From Candidatus Versatilivorator sp. (GTDB taxonomy: Bacteria > Acidobacteriota > Terriglobia > Versatilivoradales > Versatilivoraceae), in contig OZ242296.1 in assembly GCA_965207735.1 (NCBI GenBank), forward strand, positions 704,001 through 768,000: 64,000 nucleotides of DNA. Direction: 5' to 3'. Shown here in pieces: positions 1 through 10,954 of this stretch. Within the stretch, counting starts at the first letter, position 1. Each line of letters begins with the position of its first letter. Under the pieces are notes generated by a model. The model saw only the letters and a program-made list of their open reading frames with translations, had not been told where the DNA came from and searched no databases. A program made the translations under genes and the position numbers.

Positions 1-2232
1 CAAGACACTTTGCCACGTGGCGGATTCGGCAACTTGATCGCTTTGCCGCTGCAGCGCGAGCCGCGGAAGGCCGGCAACAGCGTATTTGTCGATGCGGACT
101 TGAATCCGTTTGCCGATCAGTGGGCACATCTTTCGCAACTCGGCCGAATTCATTCAATGCAGGCAGAGTCCATGGTCGAACAAGCGGAGAAGAAAGGCCG
201 CGTGTTGGGTGTCAGGGCCGTCACTCTCGATGACGACCTGTTTGCCGCCGCACCGTGGAACGCACCGCCGTCCCGTAGGCCCGTTGAACCGGCCGTAACC
301 GCACCGGTTCCCGACAATTTGGAGATCGTGCTCGGTGACCGAGTCTACATCCCAAAGGGGGATTTGCCGCCGAGTATCGTCACCCGCTTGATGCGGCTGG
401 CGGCGTTCCAGAATCCAGAATTCTACCGCGCGCAGGCCATGCGGTTGCCAACCTACGGCAAGCCCAGGATCGTGGCCTGCGCTGAGAATGGAACCAGGTT
501 TCTCGATGTTCCTCGGGGTTGTCTGGAAGATGTGGAGAAACTTCTCCGTAGTCTTGGGATCGAGCTTTCGATACAGGACAAACGCTTTTCGGGTCTACCT
601 CTTACGGTGTCCTTCCAAGGCGTGCTGCGCCCTGAGCAGGAGACGGCGGCGAACGCCATGCTGGCCCATGACACGGGAGTCTTGGCGGCAACGACTGCAT
701 TCGGGAAGACGGTCGTGGCCGCGTGGCTGATCGCTAAACGAAGCGTCAACACACTGATTCTGGTTCATCGCAAACAACTGTTGGAACAGTGGGTCACCCG
801 ATTGGGCGAATTACTTGACGTCGCGGAACGTGACATCGGTCGTTTGGGGGGTGGTCGCAAGAAACTCACTGGCAAGATTGATGTCGCCCTGATTCAGAGC
901 TTGACCAGAAAGGGTCTGGTCTACGACCGAATTGCCGATTACGGATTTGTGATTGTCGATGAGTGTCACCACGTACCCGCTTTCAGCTTCGAACTGGCAG
1001 TCAGCCGCGCAAAAGCCAAGTACCTCACCGGACTCTCGGCAACCGTCGTGCGAAAGGATGGCCACCAGCCGATTGTGTTCATGCAGTGTGGTCCCGTACG
1101 GCACCGCGTGGATGCCAGGCGCCAGGCTGCAAAAAGGCCGTTTTCCCACGTGGTGCTGGCTCGACCGACGGGCTTCCAGATGCAGGGCGAGCCGGAAGGC
1201 GATGCGCGCATCGAGTTCCAACGCGTTTGCGATCAGTTGATAAGGGACAACAGTCGGAATCAGGCGATATGCTCCGAAGTAGTCCAAAACGTTCAAAACG
1301 GTCGGGCGCCACTGGTTATGACGGAACGAGTCGACCACTTGGAGACCCTTGCCGATGGGCTCCGGGCCAGCGGTGTTGACATTGTATGCCTACAGGGTGG
1401 GATGGGAAACAGGGCACTCAAATCGGCTCTGGCTCGGGCTGCCGAGTTCGTACCCGGGCGGGTGTTGTTGGCCACGGGGCGTTTCATTGGGGAGGGATTT
1501 GACAACGCGCGGCTCGATAGCTTGTTCCTGACCATGCCTGTGTCCTGGCGCGGAACCATCTCCCAGTACGTAGGGCGTCTGCATCGTCTTCACGAAAACA
1601 AGCGTGAGGTGCTCGTCTACGACTACGCTGATCTCGATGTGCCGATGCTTTCGCGCATGTTCGAACGACGATGTCGCGCCTACGAGGCGGCTGGCTATTC
1701 CATTTCGCTTCCTGCCAGTGCCGCTCCTGGCTGGCCTGCCGGCGTCCAGCTTCCCGCCGATGGACCTTGGAAACACCGGTACTCGGCAAGCGTGCGGCGT
1801 TTGCTTCGCGATGGGGTTGACGAAACCCTCGCCGAACTCTTCAGCACCATCAGCGGGCCCGTACCCTTGGACGAGCCAAACACCCCACGGGCACGTAGCG
1901 CCAGCGAAGCGTTCCTGTTCCGGCGCCTGCAAAGTATGCCTGAAACCAAAGATCGATTCCGATTGAACGCCCATTTGCCAATTCCGTTTTGTCAGGAAGG
2001 CCACATGGAGGTCGACTTTCTCGACCCGGCGTCACGATTGGTGGTCGAACTGGATGGATCGCAACACTTGGGGGACCGTGAAGCGTATCGGCGAGACCGT
2101 CGCAAGGATGCCCTGCTGCAGGAGCACGGTTATGTGGTGTTGAGGTTCTTAGCCGAAGATCTGGGCCTTGGACTGGATTCGATTCTCGACGAAATCCTGC
2201 GTGCACTTGCCCGAGCAGCCAAAATTTCATGA
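1..2232 (+). CDS. 5'-truncated SF2 (DEAD/DEAH, ResIII-like) helicase with C-terminal DUF559/Vsr-like nuclease; the start resembles the end of an AEP-TOTE primase-like domain
   Basis: Frame is open from base 1 (QDTLPRGGFGNLIALPLQ). Walker A TTAFGKT, DECHH, SAT, QYVGRLHR; C-terminal VDFLDPASRLVVELDGSQH...RDRRKD. Confidence 0.85.
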   Translation, partial: QDTLPRGGFGNLIALPLQREPRKAGNSVFVDADLNPFADQWAHLSQLGRIHSMQAESMVEQAEKKGRVLGVRAVTLDDDLFAAAPWNAPPSRRPVEPAVTAPVPDNLEIVLGDRVYIPKGDLPPSIVTRLMRLAAFQNPEFYRAQAMRLPTYGKPRIVACAENGTRFLDVPRGCLEDVEKLLRSLGIELSIQDKRFSGLPLTVSFQGVLRPEQETAANAMLAHDTGVLAATTAFGKTVVAAWLIAKRSVNTLILVHRKQLLEQWVTRLGELLDVAERDIGRLGGGRKKLTGKIDVALIQSLTRKGLVYDRIADYGFVIVDECHHVPAFSFELAVSRAKAKYLTGLSATVVRKDGHQPIVFMQCGPVRHRVDARRQAAKRPFSHVVLARPTGFQMQGEPEGDARIEFQRVCDQLIRDNSRNQAICSEVVQNVQNGRAPLVMTERVDHLETLADGLRASGVDIVCLQGGMGNRALKSALARAAEFVPGRVLLATGRFIGEGFDNARLDSLFLTMPVSWRGTISQYVGRLHRLHENKREVLVYDYADLDVPMLSRMFERRCRAYEAAGYSISLPASAAPGWPAGVQLPADGPWKHRYSASVRRLLRDGVDETLAELFSTISGPVPLDEPNTPRARSASEAFLFRRLQSMPETKDRFRLNAHLPIPFCQEGHMEVDFLDPASRLVVELDGSQHLGDREAYRRDRRKDALLQEHGYVVLRFLAEDLGLGLDSILDEILRALARAAKIS

Positions 2233-2275
2233 GAAGTAGGTGGTCAGTGCAGATGGCAAACCAAGTCGGCAATAG

Positions 2276-3559
<1,284 letters not shown>

Positions 3560-3592
3560 TTAGAAAGAAAAGAAATCACTGCATGGCGGGGG

Positions 3593-3623
3593 CACCCTAG
3601 CACATTGCCTTCGGTAGGGTCAA
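3593..3623 (-). promoter_or_regulatory. putative sigma70 promoter of ahcY
   Basis: Minus strand reads TTGACC ... TGc TAGGGT, about 50 nt upstream of the ATG. Confidence 0.4.
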
Positions 3624-3711
3624 ATGGGGAGGGACCAATGACAAGGCTTGAATTGCGGCACAACTGACCGGTCTCGCTCAGAGCGGGCTTGCCGATCCCG
3701 TCGGGCGCCGG

Positions 3712-4929
3712 TCATTCGACCAGTTCCAGGATTCCCGCGGCGCCCATTCCGCCGCCGATGCACAGGGTGACCATTCCGAACTGAACCCCTCGCCGCCGCA
3801 TCTCGCCAAGCAGGGTCGCCGTCAGTTTGGCGCCGGTGCAACCCAGCGGGTGGCCCAGGGCGATCGCTCCCCCGTTGACGTTGACCCGGTCCGGATCCAG
3901 GCCGGATTGGCGGATGACCGCCAGCGCTTGAGCCGCGAATGCTTCATTCAATTCAATCAGGCCGATCTGAGAGAGCTCGAGACCCGCCTGCTTCAGAGCC
4001 TTGGGAATGGCCTGGACGGGGCCGAGACCCATCTCCTCGGGCGGCACCCCGGCAGTGGCGAAGGAGAGGAACCGTCCCAGGATCGTCCAACCTCGATCCC
4101 TGGCCGTGTTCCGGGAGGCCAGCACCACGGCGGCAGCGCCGTCACTCATGGGCGAGGAGTTTCCGGCGGTGATGGAACCGCTGGCGTGGAAGGCCGGCTT
4201 GAGCTGAGCCAGTGCCGGCAGGCTCGTGTCCTTGCGCGGACCTTCGTCCCGGTCAAAACGGGTGGGGCCTGTTCCCTTCTCTGCCTGTCCATTGCCATCG
4301 CCGCCGAGAGAATCCGGTGCGGCTCGGCCGAGGCCGTTCGGGGTCAGCTCCAGCGGCACGATCTCATCCCGAAAGCGTCCCTCCTCCATGGCCTGGATCG
4401 CTTTGCGATGGCTCCGGAGGGCAAAGCGGTCCTGTTGCTCGCGGCCGATCTCGTACTTGCGAGCCAGGTTTTCGGCGGTCATTCCCATGTTGAGGTAGAC
4501 ATCCGGATAGGAATCCGCCAGATCGGGGTTGGGCGAGAAATGGTGCCCGGCCCTGGGGATCAGGCTCATGCTTTCCGTTCCTCCAGCCAGGATGACCTCG
4601 GCCGAGCCGCACCGGATTCTTTCGGCGGCGAAGGCAATGGACTGCAGTCCCGAGGCGCAGAAGCGGTTGACGGTGACAGCGGAGACCGAAACCGGCAGAC
4701 CGGCCCTCAAGCCGGCGATGCGGGCCACGTTCATTCCCTGCTCCGCCTCCGGCATGGCGCACCCCAGGATGACGTCTTCGATTTCCCCGGTCTTCAACCC
4801 GGGGACGCGCCGGACGGCTTCCGAGATGGCGACGGCAGCCAGGTCGTCGGGGCGGGTATGTCTCAGGGCTCCCTTCTTGGCTTTCCCGACGGGAGTCCTG
4901 GCGGCGCTGACGATCACAGCCTCTTTCAT
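3712..4929 (-). CDS. fadA: acetyl-CoA C-acyltransferase (thiolase)
   Basis: VNRFCASG (catalytic Cys), NEAFAAQ, GHPLG, CIGGGMG. Confidence 0.95.
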   Translation of the reverse strand: MKEAVIVSAARTPVGKAKKGALRHTRPDDLAAVAISEAVRRVPGLKTGEIEDVILGCAMPEAEQGMNVARIAGLRAGLPVSVSAVTVNRFCASGLQSIAFAAERIRCGSAEVILAGGTESMSLIPRAGHHFSPNPDLADSYPDVYLNMGMTAENLARKYEIGREQQDRFALRSHRKAIQAMEEGRFRDEIVPLELTPNGLGRAAPDSLGGDGNGQAEKGTGPTRFDRDEGPRKDTSLPALAQLKPAFHASGSITAGNSSPMSDGAAAVVLASRNTARDRGWTILGRFLSFATAGVPPEEMGLGPVQAIPKALKQAGLELSQIGLIELNEAFAAQALAVIRQSGLDPDRVNVNGGAIALGHPLGCTGAKLTATLLGEMRRRGVQFGMVTLCIGGGMGAAGILELVE

Positions 4930-4952
4930 GGGTCTCTTTCCGGTGGTTCCAA

Positions 4953-7349
4953 TCAGTTCCGCAGCGGCTTGCCTCGCTGCAGCATGGTTTGGATCCTGTC
5001 CTGGGACTTGCGTTCTCCACAGAGACTGAGAAAGGTCTCTCTCTCCAGATCCAAAAAATGCTGTTCGTTGACGTCCCGCGGGCTGCTGCAGTCACCCCCG
5101 CAGAGAACAAGAGCCAATTTGCTGCCCAGATGATAGTCGTAGGGGCTGATGTAGGCTCCCCGCAGCAACTGGTGCATGGCGATCTTGAGAGTGGATAGTG
5201 CCGGCCGGCCCAGCGCGGGCACCGCCAGCGGTGGATCGGGTTGCTGAAAGCCTTGCCGGACGAGTGTCACAACCCTCTGCTTGGCGTCGGCAATCAGGCG
5301 GTCGGGGTTCATGGTGATGGCATCGCTGGGCCGAATGAAGCCCAGAGACCGGGCCTCGGCACCGCTGCCGGACACCTTTGCCTCGGCGATGGTCTCGAAG
5401 GATGTGCGCAGGCACGGAAACAGCTCCTGGTCCGGCCGGGACCTCTCCAGGCTCCGCAACACCATTTCCTTGGTGCCTCCCGCTGCCGGAATCAGGCCCA
5501 CTGCCAACTCGACCAGTCCCATGTAAGTCTCGGCCGAGGCCTGCACGGCCGAGGCGTGCAAGGCGACTTCGCAACCCCCTCCCAAGGTGAGCCCGAACGG
5601 AGCGACGACTACCGGACAAGGAGAATACTTGATCTCCATGTTGGCTGTTTGAAACAGCCGAATCATGCTGTCGATCTCCTCCCACTTCCGTTCCCGAGCC
5701 TTGCGCAGGATTTGCACCAGGTCGGCTCCGGCGGAAAACTGGGCGCCCTGATTGCCGATTACCATCCCGGAGAATTCGGATCGCGCCAGTTGAAGCGCTT
5801 CTCGGATCATGCGGAGGGTGTCGTCCCCGATGGTGTTCATCTTGGCGTGGAACTCCAGGCAGAGGACACCGTCGCCAAGGTCGATCAAGCTGGCCCGGGG
5901 ATTCTTGCGGACGACTCCTCCCTTTTGCTCCCTGAGTGAGGACAGAAGGACCATTCCGTCGGGAACACCGACGGGGAGATAGTCCCGGGAGGGACAATCG
6001 AAGTAGGAGACGATTCCCCGGCGGCGCCGGTAAAAGCGCTTGCCGGGGGTGTCCAGTACCATCCGCGCCAACTCCGGCACTTTTCTTCCCTCGGACTCCA
6101 GGCGCGCCGCCACGGTTTCGACACCCAGAGCATCCCAGGTCTCAAAGGGGCCCATGTCCCAATTGAAGCCCCACTTCATGGCGTTGTCGATGGTGAGGAT
6201 ATCGTCTGAAATCTCCGGGATTCGATTGGCGGCGTAAACCATCTCTCCGCTGAGCGCTTTCCAGACCAGTTGTCCTGCCGGGTCGTCGGATCGAATCAAC
6301 GCCCTCAACCTTTCGGAGGTATCCGGGATGGCCTTGGCTACCGCCAGCGAGGGATACTCGGCCTTGCGACGGGAGCGATACTCCAGGGATTCAAGATCCA
6401 GCGCCAGGATTTCCCCGCTCGGCATCTTTCGATAAAATCCGCTGCCACTCTTGGCTCCCAGCCAGTTTCGCTCAATCATTCGCCGGATGACTTCAGGGAT
6501 CTCGAAGAGTTGGTGATGCTCATCGCCGGGCGCGCTTTCAAAGAGGGTGGCGGTGACCCGTGCGAAGGTGTCGAGGCCAACGATGTCCAGGGTGCGGAAA
6601 GTGGCGCTCTTGGGGCGCCCGATCAGCCTGCCGGTCAGCAGGTCGATGTCGTCCACCCCGTAACTCTCCTCCAACACCATGCGAAGGAGTTGCTGGAGGG
6701 CAAAGGCCCCCACCCGGTTGGCCACGAAGTTGGGAGTGTCCTTGGCCAACACGATGCCCTTGCCCAGGCGATAGTGGCCGAGATGAGTGATGGTTTGGAC
6801 CACCGATTCCAGGGTTTCCGGGGTGGGAATCAGTTCCAGTAGCTTGAGGTAGCGAGGCGGATTGAAGAAATGGGTTCCCAGCCAGTGTTGCCGAAAGTCA
6901 TCGCTCAGCCCTTCGGCCAGGCGGTTGACTGAGATCCCGGAGGTGTTGGAGCTGACAATCGATCCTGGCCGGCGGATCCCATCGAGGTCCTTGAGCAGGC
7001 GGGCTTTGATGTCGAAGTCTTCCGAGACGGCTTCGATGATCCAGTCCACCTCCCCCAGCCAGGAACGGTGGTCCTGCAAATTGCCAAGTTGAATGCGACG
7101 GGCGTCCTCCGGAAGAAAGAAAGCCGGAGGTTTGGTTCGTTCCGCCCTGCGCAGCCCCTGTTGCACCAGCCGCTGCCGAAACCGGGGGTCGGAAGCTGAG
7201 CATTCCCCGGATTCCTTTTCGGAAGTCGGATCTGAAGGAGGGATGTCCAGCAGACAGACCGAAAAGCGGGCGTTGACCAGGTGGGCGGCAATGGCCGCGC
7301 CCATCACCCCCGCACCGACCACGCCCACCCGTTCAATCCTTTGTTTCAT
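4953..7349 (-). CDS. 3-hydroxyacyl-CoA dehydrogenase / enoyl-CoA hydratase fusion (FadN type)
   Basis: GAGVMG Rossmann motif, SNTSG, GTHFFNPPRYLKLLE; C-terminal crotonase FSAGADL, LGGGCE, GLVE..VGLIPAAGG. Confidence 0.95.
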   Translation of the reverse strand: MKQRIERVGVVGAGVMGAAIAAHLVNARFSVCLLDIPPSDPTSEKESGECSASDPRFRQRLVQQGLRRAERTKPPAFFLPEDARRIQLGNLQDHRSWLGEVDWIIEAVSEDFDIKARLLKDLDGIRRPGSIVSSNTSGISVNRLAEGLSDDFRQHWLGTHFFNPPRYLKLLELIPTPETLESVVQTITHLGHYRLGKGIVLAKDTPNFVANRVGAFALQQLLRMVLEESYGVDDIDLLTGRLIGRPKSATFRTLDIVGLDTFARVTATLFESAPGDEHHQLFEIPEVIRRMIERNWLGAKSGSGFYRKMPSGEILALDLESLEYRSRRKAEYPSLAVAKAIPDTSERLRALIRSDDPAGQLVWKALSGEMVYAANRIPEISDDILTIDNAMKWGFNWDMGPFETWDALGVETVAARLESEGRKVPELARMVLDTPGKRFYRRRRGIVSYFDCPSRDYLPVGVPDGMVLLSSLREQKGGVVRKNPRASLIDLGDGVLCLEFHAKMNTIGDDTLRMIREALQLARSEFSGMVIGNQGAQFSAGADLVQILRKARERKWEEIDSMIRLFQTANMEIKYSPCPVVVAPFGLTLGGGCEVALHASAVQASAETYMGLVELAVGLIPAAGGTKEMVLRSLERSRPDQELFPCLRTSFETIAEAKVSGSGAEARSLGFIRPSDAITMNPDRLIADAKQRVVTLVRQGFQQPDPPLAVPALGRPALSTLKIAMHQLLRGAYISPYDYHLGSKLALVLCGGDCSSPRDVNEQHFLDLERETFLSLCGERKSQDRIQTMLQRGKPLRN

Positions 7350-7365
7350 AGGGCGTGGTTGTTAC

Positions 7366-9171
7366 CTACTCCGGTTTGGATGGGCTCTCCGCGTAGAGGG
7401 CTTCAATCTCATTCTTAAATCTCTTCTCGACAATTCGACGTTTAACTTTCAGTGTAGGAGTCAGTTCCCCGTCCTCGATGGTGAAGTCCTTTTCTACGGG
7501 AACGACTTTTTTCACCGTTTCGAAAGAGGCCAATCCGGCAGTTGATTTTTCGACTGCGTTCATGAGGAATTCTTGAATGGGCGGGCTTTGGAGCAGGTCG
7601 CCGTAGCTCTCAAAGGAGAGTCCCTGTTCACGCGCGTGGTCGGTGATCGTCTCCGGGTTGGGGACCACCAGGGCGCACAGGTAGGGGCGCTTGTCTCCCA
7701 ACACGACCGCATTGAGCAGCACCGGGCTGGCTTTGAGGAGCCTCTCGATCGGCTGGGGGGCGACGTTTTTCCCGCCGGCTGTGACAATCAGGTCCTTCTT
7801 GCGATCGGTGATCTTCAGGAATCCGTCCGGGTCCAGATGGCCGATGTCCCCGGTGTGGAACCACCCTTCCTTGATCACCTCTCGAGTTTCCTCGGGCCTG
7901 TTGTAATAGCCGAGCATCACTGACGGCCCCCGGGTCAGGACCTCGCCGTCTTCGGCGATTCTCGCTTCCAGACCGGGCAACGGCTGTCCCACCGTTCCGA
8001 ACCTGAAGCGGTTCGGCAGGTTGACCGCGATCACCGGTGAGGTTTCAGTGAGGCCGTAGCCTTCCAGGATCAGGATCCCGGCGCTGAGGAAGAACTCGGC
8101 CAGGCTGGGGTCGAGGGGGGCGCCTCCCGAGATGAAGAATCGCAGCCGACCCCCAAGGCGCTGTTGCAGCTTGGCAAACACGATCTTGGAGGCGAGGAAG
8201 CGCTGGAAGGCCAGGCCGGGGGGCGGGGTGGTGCCCTGGAGAATGTGACGGGTATGGCGCTCCCCTACTCCGAAGGCCCAATCGCTCAGCGCGCGTTTCA
8301 GGCCGGTACTGAGTCGCCTGGATTCCATGACACGGTCGTGTAACTTCTCGAAGAATCTGGGGACGCAAGCCACCACCGTGGGTTGGACCTCCTGCATGTT
8401 GAGCGGTACCTTTTCGATGCTTTCGGCGTATGCGATGCTCACGCCGCAATTGAACATGAGGTAGTGCGCCACCCGTTCGAAAATATGGCTGAGCGGCAGC
8501 AGGGAAAGGACGCTGTCCCTGTGATCGAAGTCGAATCCCCGGCTGAGTTCCAGGACGTTGGCCACGATGTTGGCATGGGACAGCATGACTCCCTTGGGCG
8601 GCCCGGTAGTGCCGGAGGTGTAGATGATGGTGGCCACGTCTTGCGGACCGATTCCTTGACGGACCTTCAGATATGCGGCAGGGTCGCTCTGCGAAGCCTG
8701 TTCCCCCTCCTCCCGCAGGCTGTTGAAGCTCCGCAGGCTGTCGGATTCGGGTTCTTCCAGGTCCATGACCACCGTGGATTGGAGACTGGGTATCTTCGAC
8801 TCGATTTCCCGGATCTTCTCCAGTTGTTCCGTGGTGGACAGGATGATGATCTTGACGCCGGCGTCGTTGAGAAGCCCCTCGATCTGGTTCGCGGGCAACG
8901 TCGGATAGACGGGAACGTTGATGGCGCCGGCGGAAAGAATGGAGATGTCCGAAACCAGCCATTCGGGCCTGTTTTCCGACAGGAGGGCGATACGGTCGCC
9001 GGCCTCCGCTCCCAGGTTCATCAATCCCGCGACCACGCCCTGGACTTGGCTTCGGACCTCCGCCGAAGACAGCGGGTGAAAGCGGCCCTCCCGCTTGACC
9101 ATCAAAGCGTCAGGCCGGCTCTTGTGGGTTACGGCCTCCTCGAAGAGGTCGACAATCGTTTGTGGTGTCAT
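7366..9171 (-). CDS. long-chain fatty acid--CoA ligase
   Basis: IIYTSGTTGPPKG, EGYGLTE, WFHTGDIG, ITDRKKD. Real start taken at MTPQTI (9171); the upstream part of the 1065-aa track ORF is antisense to gcvT. Confidence 0.93.
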   Translation of the reverse strand: MTPQTIVDLFEEAVTHKSRPDALMVKREGRFHPLSSAEVRSQVQGVVAGLMNLGAEAGDRIALLSENRPEWLVSDISILSAGAINVPVYPTLPANQIEGLLNDAGVKIIILSTTEQLEKIREIESKIPSLQSTVVMDLEEPESDSLRSFNSLREEGEQASQSDPAAYLKVRQGIGPQDVATIIYTSGTTGPPKGVMLSHANIVANVLELSRGFDFDHRDSVLSLLPLSHIFERVAHYLMFNCGVSIAYAESIEKVPLNMQEVQPTVVACVPRFFEKLHDRVMESRRLSTGLKRALSDWAFGVGERHTRHILQGTTPPPGLAFQRFLASKIVFAKLQQRLGGRLRFFISGGAPLDPSLAEFFLSAGILILEGYGLTETSPVIAVNLPNRFRFGTVGQPLPGLEARIAEDGEVLTRGPSVMLGYYNRPEETREVIKEGWFHTGDIGHLDPDGFLKITDRKKDLIVTAGGKNVAPQPIERLLKASPVLLNAVVLGDKRPYLCALVVPNPETITDHAREQGLSFESYGDLLQSPPIQEFLMNAVEKSTAGLASFETVKKVVPVEKDFTIEDGELTPTLKVKRRIVEKRFKNEIEALYAESPSKPE

Positions 9172-9246
9172 GGGTTCCCTCGTGCGTTCCGGTTGGTGAA
9201 GTTGAGGACCATGCCCGGCTGTCTTTCCCAAGCTGGAATTTCGGTG

Positions 9247-9255
9247 ATTATAGCA
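9247..9255 (-). promoter_or_regulatory. extended -10 promoter of the fatty-acid operon
   Basis: Minus strand TGCTATAAT about 75 nt upstream of the ATG at 9171. Confidence 0.6.
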
Positions 9256-9361
9256 AACTCGGAAACCCTCCGGGCTGCAGGCTGGAACGGTCCCCCTTTG
9301 GCGGGATTCAGCTCGCTCTCGAGGCCTGTCGGAACGCCTCCGGAGCCACCAGCCGATTGGC

Positions 9362-9390
9362 TTGACGCCTCCTGGTGGGTGTGTTACTTT
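9362..9390 (+). promoter_or_regulatory. sigma70 promoter of the gcv operon
   Basis: TTGACG-17 bp-TACTTT with TG extension. Confidence 0.6.
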
Positions 9391-9426
9391 GCCACGCTTG
9401 ATGCCTCCTTCCGAGACCGGCAGCCG

Positions 9427-10575
9427 ATGACGTCCCCGCTGAAAAAGACTTCCCTGCACGCGTTGCATCGAAGGTTGGGATCCAGGATGGGCGCATTTGG
9501 CGGCTGGGAAATGCCCATCGAATACACGGGAATCGTGGGGGAGCATCTGGCCGTGCGGACCAGGGTGGGTCTGTTCGACGTCAGCCATATGGGAGAGATC
9601 GAGATCGATGGACCCGGCAGCCTGGCTCTGGTGCAGCAGGTCGCCTGCAACGATGCCGGACGTCTCCAGCTCGGTCAGATCCAATACTCCGCCTTGCTCA
9701 CCGAGCGGGGGACGTTTGTGGATGACATTCTGGTCCATCGGCTGGAAGAGAGCCGCTTTCTCCTTTGCGTCAATGCCGGCAACACGGGCAACGATTATCG
9801 CCACATATGCCGTCAAAACCGATTCGGGGCCCGGGTTACCGACGCCAGCGATCACTATGCGCAGTTGGCCATTCAAGGTCCCGAGGCCGCGCCAGTCCTC
9901 CAGTCCCTGGTCGATCTGGACCTGTCTGAAATCGGCTACTACCGTTTTCGACCCGGGCGGGTCCAGGACGTTCGGGGGCTCATCGCGCGGACCGGCTACA
10001 CGGGGGAAGATGGCTTTGAGATCTATTTTCCGCCCACCGCCGCCGAGGCCGTGTGGGAGGGTCTGAGCCGAGCGGGACGATCGCGGGAGTTGCTTCCGGC
10101 AGGACTGGGAGCACGCAATACCCTGCGCCTGGAGGCCAAAATGGCTCTCTACGGTCACGAGATCGATGGAGAGACAACGCCCTGGGAAGCGGGATTGGGG
10201 TGGATGGTTCGCATGGACAAACCCGACTTCACGGGAAAGGCCGCCCTGGCCGCCCAACTGGAGGCGGGAGTGCAAAGAAAGCTGGTTGGTTTCGAGATGC
10301 GCGGGCCGGGAATCGGCCGGGACGGATATGACGTGCTTCGAAACGGCCGGAGGATCGGTTGGGTCACCAGCGGCAGCCCTGCTCCTTTTCTCAAGAAAAA
10401 CATCGGACTTGCCTATGTGAACGCGGGTGAAGCCTTCCTGGGAAACCGGCTCGATATTCAGGTCAGAAAACGCCTGGTGCCCGCCGAAGTCGTGAAGACC
10501 CCGTTCTATCGGAGAGAGAGGCGTCGGCCTGTCGGCCCTCGTCCAAACCCGGAGACCCCCCATGAGGCTTCCTGA
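9427..10575 (+). CDS. gcvT: glycine cleavage system T protein (aminomethyltransferase)
   Basis: FGGWEMP, GLFDVSHMGE, ARTGYTGEDGFE, GLGARNTLRLEA. Confidence 0.97.
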   Translation: MTSPLKKTSLHALHRRLGSRMGAFGGWEMPIEYTGIVGEHLAVRTRVGLFDVSHMGEIEIDGPGSLALVQQVACNDAGRLQLGQIQYSALLTERGTFVDDILVHRLEESRFLLCVNAGNTGNDYRHICRQNRFGARVTDASDHYAQLAIQGPEAAPVLQSLVDLDLSEIGYYRFRPGRVQDVRGLIARTGYTGEDGFEIYFPPTAAEAVWEGLSRAGRSRELLPAGLGARNTLRLEAKMALYGHEIDGETTPWEAGLGWMVRMDKPDFTGKAALAAQLEAGVQRKLVGFEMRGPGIGRDGYDVLRNGRRIGWVTSGSPAPFLKKNIGLAYVNAGEAFLGNRLDIQVRKRLVPAEVVKTPFYRRERRRPVGPRPNPETPHEAS

Positions 10576-10954
10576 GGACTGTCGTTACAGCAAACAGCAC
10601 GAATGGATTCGAGTCGACGGAGATGGCGGGACGGTAGGCATCACCGATCACGCCCAGAAGGAGTTGGGGGACGTTGTTTTCGTAGAGTTGCCCGAGATCG
10701 GCCAGGTCTGCGCCGCCGACGAGGTTCTGGCCAACGTGGAATCCGTGAAGGCCGTATCCGAGGTCTACGCTCCGGTGGCGGGAGAGGTGACGGCCGTCAA
10801 TTCGGCCTTGGTTTCCTCTCCCGAACTGGTCAACCAGGACCCCCATGGAGAAGCCTGGTTTGTCAGGATCAAGTTGGTCGACTCCAGCGGTCTCGACAAT
10901 CTTCTTACCGCCGACCAATACCGAAAATATGTCGAGGAGGAGTCGGCTGGTTAG
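10562..10954 (+). CDS. gcvH: glycine cleavage system H protein
   Basis: YSKQHEW, GITDHAQKELGDVVFVELP, ESVKAVSE (lipoyl Lys). Confidence 0.98.
   Translation: MRLPEDCRYSKQHEWIRVDGDGGTVGITDHAQKELGDVVFVELPEIGQVCAADEVLANVESVKAVSEVYAPVAGEVTAVNSALVSSPELVNQDPHGEAWFVRIKLVDSSGLDNLLTADQYRKYVEEESAG

Noticed and set aside
9172-9426. Glycine riboswitch upstream of gcvT
   Set aside because: No GGAGA...CCGAAG...CTCTCAGG aptamer pattern, and the promoter lies only about 35 nt from the start codon.
9172-10563. N-terminal 464 aa of the 1065-aa ORF, and the 8383-9426 extension of the gcvT ORF
   Set aside because: Mutual antisense shadows of gcvT and the acyl-CoA ligase in GC-rich DNA.
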